Assembly: GCA_013239625.1 (NCBI GenBank)
Contig: MU053810.1
Coordinates: 6,296,122-6,360,121 of the forward strand
From: Lama guanicoe
Taxonomy: Eukaryota
Direction of reading: 5' to 3'
Length of the DNA: 64,000 bases
The position numbers and the translations under genes are program-made. Positions 40,132-50,595 of this stretch are shown here, in pieces. The first letter of the stretch is position 1; each line of letters begins with the position of its first letter. The notes under the pieces were generated by a model. That model made no database searches. It saw only the letters and a list, made by a program, of their open reading frames with translations, and was not told the origin of the DNA.

Positions 40132-42463
40132 CCCTAGTTCTCTCCAGAGAGGATGGGGAGGAAGGAAGGCAGAAGAAAAAGGGGAAGATGGATGCAAAGA
40201 AAGTGCAGTTCACAGTGCAATCATCCAGGAATCTTCCGCTCTGCCTACCCACTCTTCATGACACACCTCGGTCATTCTCTGTCTAAAGTTCAGTAGCCCT
40301 GACAGGAATGGGGAGGCCTCTGCGTCCCTGGACAGAGTAGACTGCCTTGTGTAACACAGGCATGAGGACAGACGTATAAGCCCTACACGCTCTCATTCCC
40401 CAGGAATCTTCCAGAGAAATGGAGCAAAGACAAGCCCTGAAACATTCTGAAAATCTTGTGGACAGGAAAAGATCTGTGCCTGTGTCATTTCCCCTGTGTC
40501 TGCCCCTAAAATCATGACGCTTTCCCCTAGGAATAAGGTAGGATGCTACCTAGAAAGGCATCCATTGGCAAGTGAGGACGCTATGATCCATCTCTTCTCT
40601 GTAATGCCTGTTGACAGCAGAGCAGAAACAGGTTGCCAATGACCTTTTCTTCTGTCCCTCCCCGATTTTGCGAAGTTTGCATTACCCTGCAGCATGGCAC
40701 CTATGGCTTCCATCTTGGGCTGAGAGCGTAAGGGTCTTTGGGATCCAAGGAAGGAGCCCCAGGATCAAGCTGAAGTCTTTTCTACCTGATCATTCCCCAT
40801 CGTTGATGAGGGTGGCAGCCCATACCTGGCTTAGCAGAACTGTCAAAGAAGATTCTCTGGGTGTGTATTTTCTGGGGCAGGTGGGTTCCAAGACCAGCCA
40901 GGTAAGTTAGGCCTGGCCCAGCCCCCCGTAGTCAACTTTCACGGGTCAACAGGGGTGGCTGTCCTCTTCCCAATTCTGGGAACCATTAAAAGAGAGCCCA
41001 ACGTGCTCCTGGCTCCTCGGGGACAGCTCAGTCACACAACCAACCTTACAAGAGGAGGACAAATAAAGGCAGAAAGAACGTTGACCTCTGAACCCCACCT
41101 AATTCCTCATGAAAAATACCTTAAGAGCATCCGTTCCAGCTAATGATGACAAAGTTCCCTCTATCGGGGAAGGTTTTCCAAAGGAACACTAAGTACTCAG
41201 TTCCCTACAAAATAAAACTAGCTTAAAATTCATCACAGCTGGTGTTCCGTGACTTAAAAAAAAAAGGGCAAATTTTCCCTTTCATTTAACTAACACATTT
41301 TCCTTCAGCACCCGAAAACATATGCTTTATCTCTAGAAACAGAAAATAAAATAGCCGATCTGAGCTTGTGGATAAAGCTGCTTAATTTAAGACTTGTCCT
41401 GAGGCCACTGTTACTCAACATCATTTCTTCCTTTTGCCTTTTTATTTTTCTCTCTCCCTCATCATCCCCTTGTGTCTGGAGATTCGCTGAAGCGAGATCG
41501 GGGCCTGGCCTTTGCTGTGCCTGACACAACGGCAGGTGTGGCTCTGGCCTCCCCAGTGGGGCCAGTTTGCGAGTCCTGCGCCCGAGGGCAGCGTCCGCCG
41601 GTTCAAATGACCCCCCTCCTGCCACTGACGAGGTGACGGTCTGCACGCCAGGTTTCTTTTCCATGGGTCAGTGACTCTCTCTTTTCCCACTGCCTTCCTA
41701 ACTTCTATTTCTTCTCTGCATCAAACCAAGGTCACACACACAGACCCGGGAGCCAAGGGCAGGACTTTCTGTCTCAGGTTGATTTTCTTGGCTGGAAGAG
41801 GTGTAAATAATGCAGCTTAGAACACAATGGCTGGAGATGAAAGGCAGGATGGGAAAGACTGAATGATACCAGAAAGAAGAAAGGGAATGAGAAATCTCTT
41901 GTAGAAATCATCACCCTCTTTTTTAGCTCTAAGAAACTGTCTCCCAAGACACTTCCTATCCTCCCTGAAAATAATGTGAATCAGCTTCCCTGCTTGTTAT
42001 CTGAAAGGGATGGGGTGCAGACACCCTATTCTGTAGCTCTTCCTTGTTACGCACCCTCAAACAGAGAAGGCTTTATAAATGAAGCTACCCTTTTCCTTTC
42101 CCTGATTCTTGGGAGTGTGAAATCCTTATTCCCTAATTCCTTTATTAGGAATCTTTATTCCTTTGTTTCACGTGATCCATCCTTGCTATGTGTAGGATCA
42201 CAGAAGAAATACTGGGTTAATCCCATTGATGCTTATGCTCTTTTTTAAACACAAATAATTAATATTCAAGCAAGGAGTAGCTGGCTTGGAGGTGTGGTCA
42301 ATGGTCATGTGTACTTAATCACACTCATTTTCTTGATCAACATATTGCCTGTTTAACCTAAGCAGAAATAGAGACTAGACATTTAATCATTTCCACGTTC
42401 GTAGTAAGGCATGGCATAGCAAAAGAAAAAAAAACCACAAAGAAAGGTTGAAATATCATATAC

Positions 42464-42576
42464 CAGGAGAAAATATCCCATCGCCAGAGCCCCCTGGCCA
42501 GCCAATGATTTCTCTCATCTTCTTTAGCGTGACATATTCCAAAAGCACGAAGACAGGAGCAATTTCATAGGTGAAC
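42464..42576 (-). CDS. GAD2: GAD2 exon 6 (113 nt): [37 protein letters not shown]
   Basis: Acceptor TTTCAG|G, donor G|GTATAT. Confidence 0.98.
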
Positions 42577-42736
42577 CTGAAATGTAGTAATGGCCACATT
42601 TTATGTATGAAACACAAAGAAATAATTCATCATCACAGTATCTGCAGAACAACTTCCTTTTCCAAAGCCTACGTTCACAAACGTTACAATTATAGCATTA
42701 AGCAGAGAGAAAATTAAGTCTTTTAAAAGATTTGCT

Positions 42737-42800
42737 GAAATGGACACAACACTGTAAACTGACTATACTTCAATTAAAAAATATATATATATACAAAAAA
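42737..42800 (+). mobile_element. Very short L1 3' end insertion
   Basis: GACACAACACTGTAAACTGACTATACTTCAATTAAAAA plus tail; TSD AAAAGATTTGCT at 42725-42736 and 42801-42812. Confidence 0.78.
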
Positions 42801-43188
42801 AAAAGATTTGCTCAGTTTTCTGTTCCTAAAGTCAAGAGCTTCACTATTGGCTTAATGCACAGGGTCATTTATCATGGTGAATAAATACACTGCAAAGTAA
42901 CACAGTAACACTATGTAAAGGACAGCATTCAGCCCTGTTTCTTTCATATGATACATAATTATAAATCCAACATGTAAAAAATAAGTCCCTTTTGTGTTTA
43001 AACCATGGTGCATGAAAGATCTATCAGGACTCTTCTTTTAAGCTAGAGTGAACAACTCTGAAATTTGTATCATTATTTTAGGAGCTACTTAATAAGGAAG
43101 AGATATTTCACATGAGAGGTAGAAGGAAGACTATGGAACTGCATTAATAATTATCCTGGATTACACAGAAACACATTTAGCAACTTAC

Positions 43189-43279
43189 ATATTCGTGTTT
43201 GCTGTTGATGTCAGCCAGTCTGCTGCTAATCCAACCATATCCAGTCCAGTAGAAAGTTGATTGAAATACCTGGGATGCC
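43189..43279 (-). CDS. GAD2: GAD2 exon 5 (91 nt): [31 protein letters not shown]
   Basis: Acceptor TTCAG|GG, donor AT|GTAAGT; translated by hand. Confidence 0.98.
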
Positions 43280-46200
43280 CTGAATTAGACGGAATGCCAG
43301 GATCAGGATGAAGCCAATGAAAATAAATGCCTCTGAAACACATGATTTCTCCAGCTAAAGAACCTTGAAAGATCCTTCAGTTATAGGAAATCCATACTCA
43401 GAAACCTACCACGAACTCACACATACACATGCACACACACATCCCAAAGGAGCATTTCCTTTAATGGGAAGAGACTATTTTGGGTTTCAGTGTTTCTTAA
43501 AACACACTCTAAAAATCATCCTTTAAACATACTCTATAAAAAAGTAACAAACATGGTTTGCAACACGGATGCTAATTTATTTTCTAGCATTCTTTCCGTA
43601 TATTTGCAAATTCAAATGCTGTTGCAATCCAAAGCTATTCGAACCAGGTGGCTTCTTGTTTACACTCATGCTGCTAAGAAATCCTTTTTTGTTGAAGTTG
43701 TTCTGGAAATCAGTCATATACCATGACATCCGCCAGGCACGTCAACATTCACAGTAATATCAGTGACAAATGGCTGATGATCAGAAAAGACAAGGCAAAA
43801 AAATGAGAAAATCACTCTGTTGAGTGATATGCCCTGGATGCAAAAGGTGATGATTGTCTAAAGGCGGTATGAACAAACCGAATTCTTGTCCATTCTTTTC
43901 TGTCTGAGTATTTGATCATAAACAACAGACCTCCTTCCTCATCGAAATTCAAAATAAAGCTGAATACAGTCAACATCACTGTCTTGTCCACAAGATACAT
44001 GAAGGTATGTTCGGTGGGCTTATCAGTCCATTAGCAAGGTTTATCTCATTAACTTCTGGATTTCTCTAAAACTCTATCTAAAGGGATTGACACCCAAATA
44101 CTGCTATGTGACTGTAAAGATCTCATTAGAATTCTGTTCCCTTCTCTTGCCCCACAGAAGCCTATCTATAAATCTGTGATTTACTGAGCAGCAAGAATTT
44201 TGGGAGATTAACAATTATGGAAATAGCTTCTGATAAAAAGGCATCCGCCACTTACTGGACACCTGTCTGAAGCCTGGGGATGTGATAGTCTCTCAGGCCA
44301 GCATGGACGAAACAAGATAAAGGAAGGTAGTGGGGAAAGCAGAGACAAAAGTCAACACAAAGCTTATCTCCGGGACTGGAGAGCTCTCTTATCAGCCTGC
44401 GGCATGCAGCTAGACAATTAGACACTGAGAAAAGACAGGATAGGAGCTGGGGGAGAACTCATCTTAAAGAGACTGGGGGTTGTGCAGGTCTCGCTCATTC
44501 TCCGGCATTGTTTCACTGCCCTGTGGCCTTGCACGGCACCCTTCTAGCTTTCGGCTTTTTTGCAGGCCCTCTGATGTTAACCCATCAGTTTATGCATCCA
44601 TGGAAAAGGAAAAAGCCTTCCTTGCTGTGGCTGCCCTGCCTCTGGAACAGCCCTCCATGCCTCTCTGCCTCATTGACTCCCCATTTCATTAGCGCTCACA
44701 GCTGACATCAGAGCCGGCTTCTCCCTCCCGATGCCCCTTTATTTCCCTTTCCATAAGCCATTTCTTTGAAGCGAGGAAATTAATAAGGATTAGCAAATCT
44801 ACCCGTTAATCAACACTCCCAATTCATATGCATTTTCTGGACGAATCTGTTATCTATTATGACACACTATTTAACTCTATGGAAACTTTAGCATGAAAAC
44901 CTCTGCATAAAATTGAGGGTCCCAAGACGTGTGTTGTGCCCTGGGTTATCAGAAGGTCAATCCACCGTGATGACTGCCTGTGGGAAACCGTGGAAGTGTG
45001 ATGCTTCAATGGTTTGGCTTCTTTCTTCTAAATATTTTTTTGACCTTGGTCTATTTCACCTAAAGCTCTCCTGCTCAAATATTTCATTCAGTAATAATGA
45101 TGTGGAAATATGATGCAGGAAGATAGTTTGACAGATCAGAATATGATTTCTATAAAAATATATGTATTCTCTTCCCATGAACCTACAGACTGCTGGCACA
45201 TCCAGGTAGGGTGCCCTGAGACCTGTCTGCGAGCCTGCCTGCTGTCCTAGCCCCTCTGGCATCCAGCTGCCATGGTGGCCGCCTGCACCTGGCCCTGTGC
45301 TGTGAGCGAGCGCCTCGCCAAGGAATCAGGTGGCCATGCGCTGCCCTGGAGACAGCCAGTTTGAAATGTGAGATGAGAGCTGCTCCCGCCTCTGGAACGC
45401 TCCCGACAGATGGGCAAATGAGCCAGGAAGGATGCGCAAACTCTGCAAACAGCCAGCCCCAGGCAGCTCTGACCCTGGTGTCCACAATCCGTTGGGAAGC
45501 AGCCCCAGGTCGGTCCAGGCTGCTCTCTCTGGACCGGCAACACACACCCAAGGACTGCCTCGTTTACTGATGCTTCAATTCCTTTGTCGGATGATTGGGT
45601 TCAGAGATTCAAAACAACGTCAACCCCTTCACCCCCTCCCCATCCGAAGGACCCCTGCAGATACTCATCATTCCAGAATTCTATCATTGTCTGCACTTTC
45701 CAATGTTCTATTCCAATATTTCTTAGAGGTAATTTTAACAATGCATGAAGACTTCCCCAGTGCCCCTTACTTCTCTCTAAGCTTGGAGCCCAACTGGAAG
45801 TTAGGTTAAGAACGCTCAGTAGAAAGCAGACGATAACATGCATTTTATAAAAGAATCTCCCAAGGGACATTGAAATGCCTAAAGGTAGCAGTGATGGCAA
45901 ATAGTTCACAGACCCTCAACAGGACTAGCTGTCAAATGCAAGTTATAGCCCGAAACCAATACACCTGCCAGTCAGAAAGGAAGGTGACTGCTGCTAATGA
46001 TTTGAAATGCTTTTGGAGGTGGAGGGAAGGACCAGATTACACACATTATGAATGACAGTAATACCAAATTACTATTGCTATGCCTTGGTCAGAAATTCAA
46101 CTTAATCATATTCTTTTCCCTGAACTTTAAGTAAAATGCATTAGGGCTACGCTGGCCAACAGTTTGACAAGCACTATGGCAAAAGTCTAAGTATTGAATC

Positions 46201-47903
46201 GGCCCATCTTTTCCTGACACTAAATGGAACACTGACGGACAGAACTATTAGTTTCCCTGACCCGCAGTTCCCATTATCTTAACTGTTTAAATTGCATTTC
46301 AGACACCACCAGCTTTTAAGGGTGAAGATGGGAAACATTTTTATAGATTTTTTTTCGGTTTGGTAGCAATAAAAGTAATAGGTAGCAATTTACTCTTAAT
46401 ACATTTAAATATTAGATTGGGCAACAGGTCAAACAAAAATGAATTAAAAGCATTGCCCAGGTTTGCACCTACAGATACACGGAAATCTGGAAGGGAAAAT
46501 ATCTTTCATGCCTAGTATATACATCACGTGGATTCTCTGTGAACATAATTCAGAATGAAACCTAAAAAGCCTTAAGAAATCATACTCCACAGACTGAGCT
46601 TGATAGAAACCTCCAAGTTCAATTCTTTTCCTTATGTATCTAATTCTAAATCTGTACTTTCACAAAAGTGGTTGATTATAGTAACGGGAAATCAATTTCC
46701 CCAGGCTTCTTCTATGCACATCTTTCCTCTCTGTCGGTATGAAGAACATGCAGAAGCAAAAATCCAAACCCAAAAAAGGGCTAAAAGTCACATAGCAAAC
46801 ATTCTTAAAATTTGTTGTTGGTCAGAATGATACTGATAATTCATTAACAAAAAACTTGCTAAGAAAAAGATCTAGGTTTCTAGGGCAATTAATATTTTTG
46901 TGGTATTTTACATATTGCTTTGTTAGCAAATCTTTTTAAAGCTACAAATCAATTTAGATCCACAAGTTTGCCCCTTTCCCCTGAAATTCATTCATACTTA
47001 TTTTTATTGCTTTAATGAAGTGTAGTGCCACCATGTATCAGGGTGATTAGAGGCAAAGTAGAAAAGGAAGGGGTAATCCTGACCTGGGGAGATGAAGAGC
47101 TGAATTTGTGTAGATAAAATAAAAGCTTAGAATGCACCCACATAAATGTTACACCCGGGGCTATAAATTGGATAGACTATGACGAGTATGATAAAAAAGC
47201 AATAAACAGAAAATACACTAAGAAATTTTGTCCCTAAGGATATCTGATTCCCCTCTCTCCCTTTTTCCTTTCTCTTGTATAAGAGTGGTTAGGAAGCTCG
47301 CACATCCTTGTATAACGAGGCTGAACTGTTAAGCTAGCTTGTATTATGTTTTCTTTTGTGTACATTTCTTTAAAAACAGAGGAAAATCCGGAGTTTGAAT
47401 CTGAAGTATTGGGCATTTTAGACAAGGCCAAAATATCATTCCTCTGGTTTGATGATTACACCGGGTGTAAGTTCAATTTCTGACCATTTCTACACCAAGG
47501 AAATACCAGCACTGCTCCGGTATTTGGGCTTTTGTCTGGATCATGTTCTTTGGTGCTTTCATTTTCCAGAATCCCTCTCTTTCTCTATTTTGGGTCGCTT
47601 CGACTGGCCTTTACTGACAAATGGTTGCTTCTACATTAGTGATCAATTTCCATGGCCAAATATGTGAAATGTAAAATCTGGTGATTTACACTTAGATAAT
47701 GTCTCTGATATTAACAACTTCAAAAGCATGAACACTAATGGTAAAATGTTAAACATTCTTATCATGATTATTTTTTAAATGATGAAAATAACGGTAAATT
47801 TGAAAAATATCACTAACCCCATAAACCAGAAAACATTTTTTCTAGAAAAAATAAAAACTATAAAAGAAAAAAAAGAGCTTTATTATTTCTGACTGGACAA
47901 TAC

Positions 47904-48137
47904 CTGTTTTAATTGCATATTTTAGAGTTGTTTGGCAATGCATCAAAATTTCCTCCAAATTTTGTGGTTGGTCTGCCAACTCCCAATTATATTCTTGAAG
48001 AAGCTCATTAGGGTAATGGAAATCAATCACTTTGGTTGATCTATCGAAACTTTTCACCACATACTGAAGCAAAATGTCCATAACATCTTGCAGAAACGCC
48101 AAAGTGGGCCTTTCTCCATCACACGCTGGTAGCAGGT
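47904..48137 (-). CDS. GAD2: GAD2 exon 4 (234 nt): DLLPACDGERPTLAFLQDVMDILLQYVVKSFDRSTKVIDFHYPNELLQEYNWELADQPQNLEEILMHCQTTLKYAIKT
   Basis: Acceptor TTTAG|AC, donor G|GTATTG; overlaps ORF 47842..48102. Confidence 0.98.
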
Positions 48138-48606
48138 CTAAAGAATGGAATCAAAATGCCACATTTTAATTTAACAATGAAAATATCTAAGCAAGCTCTT
48201 CATTTGACAATTTCTCTTTAAACCGAGAGATTTTTAAGTTAAAAAGAAAGTCTTCTGGAAAGGCAGAGCATTTTCTTTAAAGGGGAGGTATTTTTCAAAG
48301 ATGAAGGAATGGAGGGAAAAACCCCGATTTCTCTCCCTATGCCTAATTAATTTTAATTTTTGCATTTCAGTTCATAACTTATTTGCTTTTTCTTTTATTT
48401 TCTTTCTCTCTTTCGGAGCATGCTTCCACTCATCTGTTTCACCGGGGTACGTCCTAAATGTTATTTCTCAATAAGTCATCTTAAATGATTATGGAAATAC
48501 TTCAGGTCAATGATCTTTGAGGAATGCCTTTAGGGCAAATCAGACAAAGTGGAACATGCAGTGTTAGGATCTCTGGCCTATTACGAAGGCCTGATGTTTC
48601 CAAAGG

Positions 48607-48608
<2 letters not shown>

Positions 48609-48645
<37 letters not shown>

Positions 48646-48660
48646 CGCGCGTGCATGCGT
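48609..48660. repeat. (GT)n(GC)n alternating purine-pyrimidine tract in GAD2 intron 3
   Basis: GTGTGT...GTGCGCGCGCGCGCGCGTGCATGCGT. Confidence 0.97.
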
Positions 48661-49150
48661 GTATCTGCGAGCGCGTGCATTTGTTTGGGTGACCCGGTGT
48701 GTAAGCGCAAGGCAGTAAAACCGCGCGCAGGTCTCATGTTAGTTGTTCTCCTGTGAAATCACAGTTACAAATTACTCCCGCTTTAAAGACCTCGAAAGTC
48801 TCAGCAATTCTGAACTGGAAACTGAGTCCTACCGGAGGCCTCAGCGGCACCAAGAAGCCGACCTGGAGCTAGGGTAAGCCTGGGCGCCTCGGCCACGCAC
48901 CGACCCGAGGGCGGCGCTAGGGGAAGATCGCCAAGGCCCTGGAGCCCCTTGGAACGCAGTAGGGGGTCAGACCGAGGGGGTGGGCCCAGCGTGTCTCACT
49001 ATCAGCTGACGATTCTCCTGAGGTCGGCCTCCGCGCTCCACCTCGATCCCCGGGTCAGGCTCCCGGCGCCGGGACCCACTTGGCCTCGGTAGGCAGGGCA
49101 AGGAGAGGGGCAGAGGCTTCGGCACCCCCCCCCCCGCGAGATGCCCTTAC

Positions 49151-49306
49151 CTGTTGCGTGTAGAAGCGCATAGTTGACATCCGCTTTGGGGCAGCTGCAG
49201 GGCTTCTGGTTGCAGTTGCAGGCGCAGGCGGCCTTCTGGGAGGTGGCCCGCGGGGGCTGGCTCCCACCGCTCTCCGCTGGCTTCTCCGCGTCTCCGTAGA
49301 GCAGGG
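49151..49306 (-). CDS. GAD2: GAD2 exon 3 (156 nt): ALLYGDAEKPAESGGSQPPRATSQKAACACNCNQKPCSCPKADVNYALLHAT
   Basis: Acceptor CCCAG|CC, donor G|GTAAGG; 6 nt longer than the human exon as I recall it (150 nt). Confidence 0.97.
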
Positions 49307-49502
49307 CTGGGCAAGGACACCGAGCGCGGACCTCGGTCAGCTGCCTACCCGCCTGGCTCCCTCGTTCCCGCCCATCCCTGGCCAAGAATCAAGAATCCCC
49401 GACCCCGGTGATGGGATGCGCAGAAGAGAAGGTGGCTTTGTCCCCGCGGGCCCCGAGGAGCCTGGCCACGTCCTCCTCCCTCCACCGGGCACCGGCACTC
49501 AC

Positions 49503-49562
49503 CGCACAGCTTGTTCCCGATGCCGCCCGTGAACTTCTGGGCCACCTGACACCAGGCTCTCG
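49503..49562 (-). CDS. GAD2: GAD2 exon 2 (60 nt): ARAWCQVAQKFTGGIGNKLC, with palmitoylation cysteines C30 and C45
   Basis: Acceptor TTGCAG|CG, donor G|GTGAGT; in frame with exons 1 and 3. Confidence 0.98.
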
Positions 49563-50268
49563 CTGCAAGAAAAGACAGGCAGGAGGATGGCGAGGCAGAA
49601 AGAAAACAGCAGACGGACATGTGAAATTTCGTTCTTTGTGAAGGACGTCAATAAACCCAGGGTCCGGGAAGGGGCCTCCTGGGGCCCAGCACAGCGGGCA
49701 GGTGCGGGCGGTGCGCGGGACCTTGGCGGCCTGGCCCGACCCTCGGTTCACTGATTTTTTTCCCAAGGAGCTGCTCACATGGTGACCCTTTGCTTGCCCT
49801 CCAGGTGTCAATCCGTCAGGGCAAACCCCCCTTCCTGCCTCGCTCGGGCGAGTTTTCCTAAGACACCGAGGCTGTCCATTTCCTTGCAGGCTCTCCTTCC
49901 AGACCAAGAGTTCGTCCCCTTTCCAATATTTCTTTTCCTCACCGCCACTCCGTCCCTCTCCAGGGTCCAGACACCAAGATGGTGGCAGTGCCCCAGGCCC
50001 ACGAATTCGGTGTCAAGGAGATGTCACCGTGTTTGGGAGGGGGCTCTCCCAGACTTCAGCAGAAAGGGCCAGAGATTCTCTGAGTATCTTCCCAGGGGAT
50101 AAGGGCCTGTGGGGGTTTTGGTCTCTTGGGCCATCAAGTACCTACCCCCAGGGAAGGGTGAAGCCTCTGAAGTTTCCCGTTGCAGGTGGAAAAACCTTCA
50201 TCTCCCCCAGCCCTGCAAAAGCCAGTCCACCCGCAAAGCTCGCTTCCTCCAAGTCCGGGTTCTCCTAC

Positions 50269-50344
50269 CTGTGCCGGAGTTCTCGGGATCCCCGGAGCCA
50301 TCTTCAGATCTGAAGGACCAGAAGCCGGAGCCAGGAGATGCCAT
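50269..50344 (-). CDS. GAD2: GAD2 coding exon 1 (76 nt): MASPGSGFWSFRSEDGSGDPENSGT
   Basis: ATG at 50344-50342; translation matches the GAD65 N-terminus; donor G|GTAGGA at 50268; lies in a CpG island. Confidence 0.98.
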
Positions 50345-50552
50345 TGGTGCTGCGAGACTGGAGCAGGACGCCTCCGAGTGCAAACTGTCAGCGAGCTGCT
50401 CTCTGCTCGGCCCCGCGCGCGTGCTTGTGTGTGAGTGCGCGCGTGTGTGTGTGGTGGGAGGAGGACACCGCCTGGGGACCGGCGCGGTGGCACGGCAGAG
50501 GGTGGGTGTCACACAGGGACAGGAAATGTGTGTGTCTGCAAGTGCACGCGCG

Positions 50553-50554
<2 letters not shown>

Positions 50555-50594
<40 letters not shown>
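50555..50594. repeat. (GT)20 microsatellite about 210-250 bp upstream of the GAD2 ATG
   Basis: Perfect run preceded by GTGCACGCGCGC. Confidence 0.98.

Positions 50595-50595
<1 letters not shown>

Noticed and set aside
47842..47903. Read-through of exon 4 into intron 4 as a possible truncated isoform (similarly for exons 7 and 10)
   Set aside because: Ordinary run-on of exon ORFs past valid donors; no independent evidence
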